Assembly: GCA_009377445.1 (NCBI GenBank)
Contig: WHUA01000001.1
Location: 776,759 to 840,758 of the forward strand
Length of the DNA: 64,000 bases
DNA from: Alphaproteobacteria bacterium
GTDB taxonomy: Bacteria; Pseudomonadota; Alphaproteobacteria; UBA8366
Reading direction: 5' to 3'
Shown: positions 55,451-63,950 of the stretch, piece by piece
How the letters are laid out: every line of letters starts with the position of its first letter
How positions within the stretch are numbered: position 1 is the stretch's first letter
Made by a program: the position numbers and the translations under genes
Notes under the pieces: generated by a model
Database searches by the model: none
What the model saw: the letters and a program-made list of their open reading frames with translations, nothing else
Told to the model about the DNA's origin: nothing

Positions 55451-57024
55451 CAGGCAACCTCCCGGATGCAAACCGGCGCGGCGAGCTCGTAGAGAACGTC
55501 GAGCGTCTCGAAACGATAGGCGTCGAGCGAGAGCCCGTTCTCCTCGGCGAGCCGGATTTGGGCGCTCGCGACGTCGATCTTGGGAAAGACATAGAAGTCG
55601 AGCGGCCGCCGATTGCGAGCGTCCATCCGCACGGCGATCGTAATGTCGGGATAGAGGCCGGTATCGAAGCGCAGCCGCCAGCGCAGAGCGCCGGCCGGCG
55701 TCTCCTTGCAGCGAGCGATGACGACGGAAAGGGAGAACTCGCCGTTCACCTCGAGGAGGTCGGTTTCCTCCGCGCGCCCGTCGATGGCGCCGACCTGGCG
55801 CAGACCCGCCACGATTTCTTCGACTATCTCGGGATACAGACCTCGGAGCGCCCGGTTGATCTCGATATAGCGGTAATCGCGGCGCGGCGCGTATCCGACG
55901 AGACGGTAGGCACGTATGAGGCTGCCGAAGCGGTGCCGATAGGTGCTGCTCGACGGCAGGTCGTCGGTCTCGTCGATGATCAGACCCGAGAGGTAGCCTT
56001 GGGCCTCGAACAGGCGGCGCAGGCCGTCAAGCAGCTCGTCGTCACTTAGCCGTTTCGAGCGCTCGACGATGATGGCCTGGGCGGCATCGAACAGCTCTCG
56101 ATCGACAATCGGCTCGAATGCGGCGCCGGCTCGGATCCACATGTCCGGGTTGTTGCGGACGCGCTTCTTCTTAAGTTTGAACGAGACTCGGTTCCAGACG
56201 TTGTCGCCGGCATACTTCTCGTTGATCAGCACCTGGTGCACGGTGCCGCGCGTCCAGGGGCGGCCGAGGTCGGTGACGACGCCGCGCACGTTGAGGAGAT
56301 CTGCAATCTCGCGCTCCGGTTTGCCGTTCTCGACAAAGGCGCGATACATCCACCGAATGGTGCCCACCTCGGCGCGTGGTCCGGGGACGAGGACCACGCG
56401 GTCAGTCTGGATGCTCTTGTGCTCGCCCCGTGTGAGCTCGCCCTTGGGCGTGCCGCCCTGATCGATCAGACGACGGCGGAGGCCGTACCCGGCCGCGCCC
56501 CCTTGACGATAACCGTGCTCGATCAGCCGGCACTGACCGGCAAAGACCTTCGCCGAGAGCTCGCGGCTGTACTCGCCTGCCATCGCCCGTTTCACGCCCT
56601 TGACGATGGTCGAGACAGGGCTGCCGTCATTCTCGAACTGCTCGGCGCAGTACTGGACGGCAATGCCGGTGCGTTTGCAGATGTACTCGTAGTAGGCGCT
56701 TTCGTCGGCGTCCTGGAACCGGCCCCAGCGGCTCACGTCGTAAACAAGTATGACGGTGAAGTCCGCCGCGCCGCTCTGAACGTCCGCGATCAGTTGCTCG
56801 AGGGCGGCGCGGCCGTCGAGGCGCAACCCGCTGCGACCCTCGTCCGCGTACGTGCGGACGATCTCGATGCCACGCCGCTCTGCATATTGGCGGATGGCGT
56901 CGGCCTGGTTCGCAGTCGAATACTGCTGGTGCTCGGTGGACATCCGGACATACTGGGCGCCACGGACACGGGGTGCGTCCGTCTCGTTGCTTCCGCCGCC
57001 GCCAAGATCATCCCCTTCAGTCAA
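55450..57024 (-). CDS. Serine recombinase (recombinase family protein)
   Basis: QYVRMSTEHQQYS catalytic Ser, YADEGRSG, YDVSRWGRFQ, AGEYSRELS; TGATG overlap with first parB; TTG start uncertain. Confidence 0.92.
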   Translation of the reverse strand: MTEGDDLGGGGSNETDAPRVRGAQYVRMSTEHQQYSTANQADAIRQYAERRGIEIVRTYADEGRSGLRLDGRAALEQLIADVQSGAADFTVILVYDVSRWGRFQDADESAYYEYICKRTGIAVQYCAEQFENDGSPVSTIVKGVKRAMAGEYSRELSAKVFAGQCRLIEHGYRQGGAAGYGLRRRLIDQGGTPKGELTRGEHKSIQTDRVVLVPGPRAEVGTIRWMYRAFVENGKPEREIADLLNVRGVVTDLGRPWTRGTVHQVLINEKYAGDNVWNRVSFKLKKKRVRNNPDMWIRAGAAFEPIVDRELFDAAQAIIVERSKRLSDDELLDGLRRLFEAQGYLSGLIIDETDDLPSSSTYRHRFGSLIRAYRLVGYAPRRDYRYIEINRALRGLYPEIVEEIVAGLRQVGAIDGRAEETDLLEVNGEFSLSVVIARCKETPAGALRWRLRFDTGLYPDITIAVRMDARNRRPLDFYVFPKIDVASAQIRLAEENGLSLDAYRFETLDVLYELAAPVCIREVA

Positions 57025-57152
57025 TCATTCTGGTCCTTCCGCATCAGGGCCGAGGCCCTGCGGTCGTGCGTTCGACATGCGTGAGCGCTGAGGACGGATG
57101 CCGCCGCTCCTGGTCTCCGCGCCGTCAATTCTAGATGTGGAGGGTTGGAAAG

Positions 57153-57839
57153 ATGTTTCCGAAAAAGGGCAACTTTTTTCCAGGAGGAAATGACCGAGAA
57201 AGCGGTCGCATGAACTATGCGACGATGGTCGCGACGGCGCTGCGAAAGGAGCTAGGCGGCAGCCATCAGGCGACAAAGACTGTGATGCGTTGGACCGGCG
57301 CCAGCGAGCGCACTGTCAAGCACTGGCTCGCCGGCTATCATGGACCCGGCGGCGCATGTCTAATTGTTCTGATGCGTGAATCCGAGACCGTGTACGAAGC
57401 CGTTCTCGCGTCGGCTGGTCGCCGCGACGCCATGGTTACCGCTCGGGTATTGGCAGTGCACCGCATGATCGCCGAGGTCATGGCCCTGATCGATCGAGAG
57501 GAGGCCGGCCCTCCGGGGAACCGCCCCAAGGAAGCTGCTCGGGAGAAAGGACCGGCTGAGAAGGGTCTGGATGACCGTAAAAATGACCGAACAAATGTCC
57601 CAATAAATGACCATAATTGGGGGGCCTCTGAGCCGCCGCCCGAGGACGGGCTCAAACCGCGTCAGCGCTGGTATCTCGAGGCGCTTGCCGCAGGTAAGGA
57701 GGTCAGGGCCGATGACCTCCGGCGCTGCTGGGGCGTGTCGGAGAAGACAGCGCGGCGGGACGTGGCGGCGCTGAAGGAGCGCGGCTTGATTGAGTTCGTT
57801 GGGCCGCTCAGGACGGGTCGGTACCGGCTACGCTGTTGA
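57153..57839 (+). CDS. Double HTH protein (N-terminal XRE-like HTH, C-terminal DeoR-type winged HTH)
   Basis: TVMRWTGASERTVKHWLAG and LRRCWGVSEKTARRDVAALKERGLI; divergent from the recombinase. Confidence 0.75.
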   Translation: MFPKKGNFFPGGNDRESGRMNYATMVATALRKELGGSHQATKTVMRWTGASERTVKHWLAGYHGPGGACLIVLMRESETVYEAVLASAGRRDAMVTARVLAVHRMIAEVMALIDREEAGPPGNRPKEAAREKGPAEKGLDDRKNDRTNVPINDHNWGASEPPPEDGLKPRQRWYLEALAAGKEVRADDLRRCWGVSEKTARRDVAALKERGLIEFVGPLRTGRYRLRC

Positions 57840-57911
57840 TGCTTGCCCACCGTGCTGGCCGGGGCGTCGATCTGTAAAATCGTACGGCAGGCTCTCACAC
57901 CCACTCTTCCT

Positions 57912-58271
57912 TCACTCTGGTAGTGCATTTTCGATGCGATCAAGCGAGTTCATCCATCCAAAAGCGCCACCGTTGAAGGCCGCTTCATCATCCCGATTGG
58001 TGCGGCGTGCGTTGGCAATCTCGGAACGCCAGCGGGAAATGTAGGCCGGCAACCGTTCCGCCGCCTCGATTTTGCTGTCCGTTTCCAGCGATGCAACGAA
58101 GCGGATCTTCCTCTTGCCCCCACTCCGAAACCGTTGCTGCACGTCGCGTGGTACGGCCATGATCGCGTACCACAACCTTCCTCTTCGCTGCAGGTTTGGA
58201 TGATCGCAGTCATCATATTGACCGCCGATGCTCTTCTTCTTTTTGTTCGGATGTTGCCTGTATCTGGGCAT
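57912..58271 (-). CDS. Stand-alone or truncated integrase N-terminal domain (DUF6538-like)
   Basis: NLQRRGRLWYAIMAVPRDVQQRF..RKIRFVASLETDSKIEA; no catalytic domain follows. Confidence 0.62.
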   Translation of the reverse strand: MPRYRQHPNKKKKSIGGQYDDCDHPNLQRRGRLWYAIMAVPRDVQQRFRSGGKRKIRFVASLETDSKIEAAERLPAYISRWRSEIANARRTNRDDEAAFNGGAFGWMNSLDRIENALPE

Positions 58272-58576
58272 GAATTCCTCTTCCTGGCTCTGCCCAGAAT
58301 GGGCAAACGCGACCGGTCGAGCAACTTCAAAAAGGATTGTATTCCAGCGCCCTTTGGACTAATCCGAGAAAGGTTGGACGCACGCCATTCGATCGGCTCA
58401 ATGAGCGCCGGCCCAGTGTTCTTGACATTTCCCACCACCCACGAGACCCGGATAGCACGTTAGCAATGCTGTCGATGGGGCCCCGTTGGTTCTGCCTCGC
58501 ACCGAGCGGACTTTTTACGTCGAGTCAAACAGTTTCAAATATATGACTGCTGGAGCGCATTGTTTTCCTCGCACTG

Positions 58577-58600
58577 GCCCGCCTTCTTGGCGGGCTTTTT
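58577..58600 (+). terminator. Intrinsic terminator-like hairpin
   Basis: GCCCGCC-TTCTT-GGCGGGC-TTTTT. Confidence 0.7.
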
Positions 58601-58682
58601 CTGCTCTCCATCAGATAGTTCATGGGTGTGTTTACCGTTTGGTAACGATGTTTCCTGAAACTTAACTATAAGAGGAAACAAG

Positions 58683-58925
58683 ATGGAGGACGAAATGCAG
58701 AATAAGATCGAAGTTGGCGCGAAGCTGAAAAAAGCGGATGCGCCCGACTATATCCTCGAAGTCATGGAACTCAAGACGCCCGAAGGCGATCTACCGCATG
58801 CCCGAACCCGCGTCAGGGTCTCCCGCTTCGACCTCGGTGTGCGTCTCTATTCCATTTCGGCTCTCGAGGACCCGCGTCTATTCCTCCCGGCGACCGACGC
58901 TGCACGCCACCATGGTGCGCACTAG
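58683..58925 (+). CDS. Small hypothetical protein (76-80 aa)
   Basis: Two good RBS/ATG pairs (GAGGA..ATG 58683; GGAGG..ATG 58695), AT-rich upstream region. Confidence 0.65.
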   Translation: MEDEMQNKIEVGAKLKKADAPDYILEVMELKTPEGDLPHARTRVRVSRFDLGVRLYSISALEDPRLFLPATDAARHHGAH

Positions 58926-58952
58926 CGATCGGCAACACGCGGACTAAACGCC

Positions 58953-59120
58953 ATGACAATGAGACAAATCCGAGATCTGGTGGCTTTTAGCCTTCTCGTG
59001 GCAGGTACATTGAGTGCTTGCCATTTTGCGGGTCATCTGCCGCCGGGTCAGGTGAAGCAAATCGTCAATCCACCGCCAGGTCACGGCGGCGTTCCACCTG
59101 GTCAGCTGAAGAAATACTGA
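58953..59120 (+). CDS. 55-aa putative lipoprotein with PPGQ/PPGH repeats (below the ORF-track cutoff)
   Basis: Translates MTMRQIRDLVAFSLLVAGTLSAC-HFAGHLPPGQVKQIVNPPPGHGGVPPGQLKKY; lipobox LSAC. Confidence 0.7.
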   Translation: MTMRQIRDLVAFSLLVAGTLSACHFAGHLPPGQVKQIVNPPPGHGGVPPGQLKKY

Positions 59121-59224
59121 GGCTGAACGCGCCTGCCCTCGTCCAACGCGAGGTATCTGGGCCGATGGAGAACAGCTCGACAGGTTTCGGTCAACACGAG
59201 GGAACGCCCACGGAAGCAGCCCGG

Positions 59225-59351
59225 TGACCGTAAAAATGACCGAATACGCGACGCAATAAATGACCGTAATGGAGGACCCGCGGGGCTGCCGCTCGAGGAC
59301 GGGCTTAACCCGTGCCAGCGCTGGTACCTCGTAGCGCTTGCCGTGGGGAGG
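59225..59351 (+). repeat. Diverged second copy of the linker/wHTH segment at 57572-57698
   Basis: Ungapped alignment, 27 mismatches in 127 nt (about 79 percent, counted by hand). Confidence 0.8.
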
Positions 59352-59372
59352 CGCGCGGGCCGCGGGTGCCGA

Positions 59373-59678
59373 CCGGGGCAAGCCCTCGAGCGCCGCGATG
59401 TTCTCGACAATGCGGTGATAGGACTTGCATATCTCCGACGCACGATGTGGCGTCGACAAGATCTCGCGATACCGTCGGATCTGATCGACGACCTTCGGAC
59501 GCTCGCCAAATATTTCAGGATTCGAGAAATGCTTCGCCTCGTACATGACGAGCTCTACCCCGCGGCCGCCCGGGCGGAATGCGGCAATATCGATACGGCT
59601 GCCCTCGTCGCCGAAAGCGACTTCCGTGTCGATCACGTTGTCGTTGCTCCGGATGATGTCATGAACGCCCTTGGCTTC
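59373..59678 (-). pseudogene. Internal fragment of a PD-(D/E)XK nuclease-like gene
   Basis: EAKGVHDIIRSNDNVIDTEVAF..RIDIAAF..LVMYEAKHFSN..VVDQIRRY; truncated at both ends. Confidence 0.5.
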
Positions 59679-60643
59679 GATGCGATGGAACGGAACAGAG
59701 GCTCGCTCTTCGTTTCGATCCGCGGGAAGAGAGCGTCGAAATTATCCGGCGCAAAGGTGTGGATGGGTACGAGATACCGTGGATCGATCGCTTGGGCGAA
59801 GCGCGCGAGGTCTCGGGGGGAAGCATGCCCGGAGGTGTGGATGGTTTCCATCGTTATGCCTCGCTCCGTCAACCAGGCGAGGAGCGGCGTTTGGCGCGGA
59901 TCCCGCAGATACCCTTCCCACAAGGAATAGGCCAGCCGCGCTCGGTCGACGCACCCCGCCGCGTCGAGCTCTCGTCGAAGAGCGGGTCGAAAGAGTATCA
60001 CGGATTGTGCGGCCTCGGTGGCGAGGTTTTCAGGGAAGATGCGATTGCCTTTGTAACGGCGTACGAGATCAAAGAGGCGGTGCTCCTTGACGGTGCGTCT
60101 TTGGCCGTGGGTCAGAAAGACCCGGACGCCGTCCCACGTACCCTGGGGAATGTTCGGATTGCCGGTGGCCTGCAGGACCTCCGCCGTATAGAGATCAATG
60201 ATCAGCTGCCGTCCAGTTTGACGGCATGCTCGAACGATCGTGACAAGACGGTCAATGTTTTGGCTGGACGTCCAGACGAGCGCGAGCCCCTCGGTCTCGC
60301 GGAAATGGGTCACGAACCTTGCTTCCAGATCAGACTCGGTCGGGAATCCTTCTGCGGCCCCGCCGCGGCTCATCGTCGTTCCCTCCATCAGCAGGACATC
60401 GACCTCGTGTGGAGGCTCGCGGAGAAGTCTCTCGAAGAGGGATGCCTTGCGCCCATGCCCCCTGAAATCACCGCTGTATAGGAGGCGACGGCCATCGGCC
60501 TCGACCAGGAGAGCGTAGGCGTCGTAGGCGGAGTGGTCGACGAGATACGGCGTGATGGAGAAGGGGCCGAGCTGGATCGGGTTTCGGTCTCGGATTGGCA
60601 TGGTCTGATCGCGTACGAGACCAGCCAGCGCCGCGAGCGGCAT
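59633..60643 (-). pseudogene. 5'-truncated MBL/beta-CASP (RNase J-like) hydrolase
   Basis: VDHSAYDAY, LLYSGDFRGHG, LLMEGT, SQNIDRL, YSLWEGY, HTSGHA, PIHT; N-terminal HxHxDH region missing, replaced by an IS fragment. Confidence 0.75.
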
Positions 60644-60874
60644 AGCTCGGCGATGCTGTCGTCGCCGTGCAGGCCTTCCAGCACGATCCTGATCTTGTCT
60701 TCCGCCGAAAAATGCCGCCGGGTCGCACGCCGGATATCCTTCACTACCTGCTCCGCAGGCTTTTTGGCGCTCGAGGATTTGGGTCTCATCTTCGTTCCTT
60801 CGTCACTACGACGAGACCCAAATCCTTCTTAAATCACAACCTGAAATCTGGGCCATAGGTGCTGACGGGGAACA
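60637..60874 (-). mobile_element. IS3-family insertion sequence left end with first ~51 codons of orfA
   Basis: TG-starting end (TGTTCCCCG, 60874); MRPKSS..EQVVKDIRRATRRHFSAEDKIRIVLEGL.GDDSIAELCR; 14-bp inverted repeat over RBS/ATG. Confidence 0.8.
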
Positions 60875-61016
60875 CATCCCCGATAATCTGGCGATGCCTA
60901 TCAGTGATGTAGGAGCGTGACGGTTGCTCGCAGTTTCCGACCTTCTGCCAAGCCACGCCACATGACGCGCCGGCCGTACGCTGACTGTCGTCCTCATGTA
61001 AGGCAGTTTGCGTTGT

Positions 61017-61931
61017 TCAGACCGACTTCACCTCATAGCCCAGCCGAGGGAAGTGTACGTGAACTGCTCCGACGGCGGGGTCCGACCGTCTGATCGATAT
61101 CTGTTCGGCCGTAGCGCGGATTACCGATCCCCGGACGGGGTCCGTGCCAAAGTCCTCCGTGACCACCTCGACTTCTGCTCCGATCTCGATACTCGGGTCG
61201 CATTCCCCAGATGGGAGCGGCTGCGGTTCGGCGCTTCGGGCAACCTCGAGGGCGGTTTCAGGTGTTATCTCTGTCCGTTGACCATGCCCAGCGGCGGCGA
61301 TCCGACCCATCCAAGCTTTGATGTGAGGATACGGATCAAGCACATCTGCAGCTTTTCCGCCAAGAGCGCCGAGCCACCAAAGTCGCTGATACACGGCCAG
61401 GTCGCCGAGAACGGGGCGGTCGGTGATCAGGAACCCTCTTCCATCGGCAAGCAGGTTTTCGATCCAATCAAGCATCAAGCACAAGTGGTGCCGCTGGTGG
61501 CATAGCCCTGCATCAATTTCATCGGCGGTGGGAGCGGAGTGGCCCCGCATTGCAGCGCGATCGGCGAAGAACGACGCTGGCAGTGCATCGCGATTCGCGC
61601 CGGTAACGTATCGGGCCGTCGGCCACATCAGAACGCGCTCGGCCCATGTGCTGAGTATGCTGGAAAATCCGTGGCATGAGGCTTCGGTCACTCGCGGTTC
61701 GGGAAAGCGGCGGTCAAGCTCCGCTGTGATCTGAAGAGTGTCGCAGTAGACATCCGCCCCGATCTGTAAAACTGGTGTGCGTCGATAACCGCCGGTAAGC
61801 GGCATGAGCAATGGCTTCGGCAAGACCATTGGAACAATGACGGACTTCCACGAGCGATTCTTGAGACCGAAAATCAGCCGTATCTTCTCGGAGTACGGAG
61901 ATTGGTCGTAGTGATGAAGAATCATGTCCAT
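61017..61931 (-). CDS. Glutathione S-transferase family protein
   Basis: ILHHYDQSPYSEKIR, GGYRRTPVLQIGADVYCDT, C-terminal VHFPRLGY. Confidence 0.92.
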   Translation of the reverse strand: MDMILHHYDQSPYSEKIRLIFGLKNRSWKSVIVPMVLPKPLLMPLTGGYRRTPVLQIGADVYCDTLQITAELDRRFPEPRVTEASCHGFSSILSTWAERVLMWPTARYVTGANRDALPASFFADRAAMRGHSAPTADEIDAGLCHQRHHLCLMLDWIENLLADGRGFLITDRPVLGDLAVYQRLWWLGALGGKAADVLDPYPHIKAWMGRIAAAGHGQRTEITPETALEVARSAEPQPLPSGECDPSIEIGAEVEVVTEDFGTDPVRGSVIRATAEQISIRRSDPAVGAVHVHFPRLGYEVKSV

Positions 61932-61959
61932 ATATTTGACCCTGTTGAGAATGTGATCG

Positions 61960-62225
61960 CTAAGCAGCAACCTCAGTCATTACTCCCGCTGTGTCCGCCA
62001 GATCAGTGGGGGCGTGCACGCTGCGACCCGCGGCAAGCTGATTGGCTAAGCTGTGAAGTCGGCGCCTTGTCATCTTACTCAATCCGCCATGGGCTGCCTC
62101 TTGGATCTTCCAAGCGATGCCGCGGGTCAGCAAATCACCGCTTAGCCGTGGCGGCGGTTCGGTGCGATAGTATCTCTGCCACTCGGTGCGGAAGTCGCGG
62201 ATCTTCATATCGGTGATTGCAGCCC
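61960..62225 (-). pseudogene. Truncated DUF2924-like gene (N-terminal half)
   Basis: DFRTEWQRYYRTEPPPRLSGDLLTRGIAWKIQEAAHGGLS aligns by eye to 48472-48981; C-terminal half absent. Confidence 0.7.
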
Positions 62226-62694
62226 GGCGATGCCAGTTACGCCGCCCAGCATTGCGATGGCACCTATCGTATTCAGGCGGGGCGGGCCGGCCGCTGCGCC
62301 CTGACGTCGATCGGTATCCGGTACTGGGACCACCTGCCGCGAGTCTTTGCCTGGCCGGCCGATCGCGATCACGTACCATGTCCCTTTGGGGCCGGGTACC
62401 AGCTGGCGCGGAACGCACTTGCCGCTGCGGTGATGCTTGGCGGTAGCCTCGACCCGGCCAGCGGTCACGTGCTCGTCGTGTACGACGTCCGTAACCCTGC
62501 TTTCCAGGCCGGGGGCACGGCGGGCAGGCAATGGGAGGCCGCGGTTGCCGCATGCCCTTATCCCGGGATTGCTACGCCGCCTGAGCTGGCAGCGTTTGCT
62601 CGGGTATATCGCTGAGGCGGAGGATCTTGCGTGGCTCGTCGATTCCCTGGGGGAGAAATACGGCCTGGTGCCGGATCAACGACCGCGGAAATGA
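62217..62694 (+). pseudogene. Frameshifted 3' remnant of a restriction-endonuclease-like gene (PGN_0703-like?)
   Basis: HCDG..RC.L..IGIRYW..PCPFGAGYQLARNALAA..YDVRNPAF continues after a frameshift near 62567 as GLLRRLSWQRLL..LGEKYGL. Confidence 0.45.
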
Positions 62695-62738
62695 CCCATG
62701 CTGCCGTAAGCTGGGTCGTCGCAACTTCTTCACATCTT

Positions 62739-62909
62739 TACCCTGCTTATTGAGAAATTTTCCCTGCAAGGGCACGCTAGATTCCCTGTTCGGCATACAA
62801 GAGAAATTTCTTCTAAGTGCCTATGATTTGGGCTTTAATCCGGTAATTGCCCGCGTACGAAAGGCTGAATCTGGCAAAAATCCCTGTATTTTCCCTGTTT
62901 AGCAGGGAA
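62739..62909 (+). repeat. Subterminal CCCTG repeats
   Basis: CCCTG at 62741, 62762, 62784, 62882, 62893 plus inverted CAGGG at about 62903. Confidence 0.65.
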
Positions 62910-62923
62910 TCGGCCCGGAGACG

Positions 62924-63007
62924 GGTTCGCTGCAGACTGCCTGCACCGCCATGTATAACTATCTGATATATAATATTTTATTCTGATCTAAGGTATCCCC
63001 GAATAGG
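62924..63007 (+). repeat. Junction 4: att-like site
   Basis: GGTTCG..CCGCCA (62951) then TAACT, TGATA and CCGAATAG at the same offsets as junctions 2 and 3. Confidence 0.75.
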
Positions 63008-63192
63008 TCCATCGGCCAAGGCGTCCGAGACGAAGTCCGGGTTGGACAAGCGCGTCGGACGCGGGCCTGACTTGGCAAGGATTATCGGTGCCAGCGACAA
63101 ATCCACAGCGCCAGAGTGCCTGGCGAGAGCGCCAGGATCACAGCAGCAATCATCGCGATTCCGCCAGGCTCACGTCTGACATGAATGGCTGT

Positions 63193-63236
63193 TTGACATT
63201 CACGCCGTGAACAAAGTATATGTTCATGCGGTGAAC
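63193..63236 (+). promoter_or_regulatory. Sigma70 promoter overlapped by two palindromic operators
   Basis: TTGACA-N17-GTATAT; ATTCACGCCGTGAAC (63198-63212) and GTTCATGCGGTGAAC (63222-63236). Confidence 0.7.
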
Positions 63237-63290
63237 TTGACCTTGGGGACGGCGGCAACGGTCCGCCTTTTGGCGGGATCGCGAGGGAAA

Positions 63291-63950
63291 ATGGCCAGTT
63301 CCGATATCCCGGACGAGCGGCAGGCGGCGGCGCGCATTACGCTGGGCCTGCTCAATGCCGTCGATGGCGACCGCGCCATCACCCAGCGCCGCATCGCCGC
63401 CGATCTCGGCATCGCCGTCGGCCTGGTCAACGCCTATCTCAAGCGCTGCGTCAACAAGGGGCTGATCAAGGTCCAGCAGGTGCCGAAGCGGCGTTACGCC
63501 TATTACCTGACCCCCAAGGGCTTTGCCGAGAAGTCGCGCCTCACGGCCAGCTACCTGTTCTATTCCTTCGATTTCTTCCGCCAGGCGCGGGCCTCCTGCG
63601 AGGAGGCGCTGGGCGTGGCGGCGGCCAGGGGCTGGAAATCGCTGATCTTGATCGGGCGCAGCGACATGGCGGAGATCGCGCTGGTCTGCGCGCTGCACCA
63701 TCCATTGCGCATCGTGGCGCTGGTCGATGAGGGCGCCGATGGCGGGGAGGAGACCTTCGCGTCCCTGCCGCTGGTATCGAAAATCGGCGCGGTGGCCGAG
63801 CCCTTCGACGGCGCGCTGATCACCGACATCGCGGGTGCTCAGGCGGCCCATGACGCGGCGATGGCCGAGCTCGGCGCCGCGCGGGTGCTGGTGCCGAATA
63901 TTCTTGTCCAGGCCATTGCCGCGCCGAAAAAGAGCGGCGGTGAAACATGA
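63291..63950 (+). CDS. Winged-HTH (MarR-type, EPS-locus-associated) regulator with C-terminal Rossmann-like domain
   Basis: ITQRRIAADLGIAVGLVNAYLKRCVNKGLIK..YAYYLTPKGFAEKSRLT. Confidence 0.85.
   Translation: MASSDIPDERQAAARITLGLLNAVDGDRAITQRRIAADLGIAVGLVNAYLKRCVNKGLIKVQQVPKRRYAYYLTPKGFAEKSRLTASYLFYSFDFFRQARASCEEALGVAAARGWKSLILIGRSDMAEIALVCALHHPLRIVALVDEGADGGEETFASLPLVSKIGAVAEPFDGALITDIAGAQAAHDAAMAELGAARVLVPNILVQAIAAPKKSGGET

Larger units (their letters stand above)
52339..62951. mobile_element. Unit 3: mosaic, partly decayed integrative element (10613 bp)
   Basis: Bounded by junctions 3 and 4; DUF2924 remnant near the right end in the same orientation as in unit 1. Confidence 0.6.
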
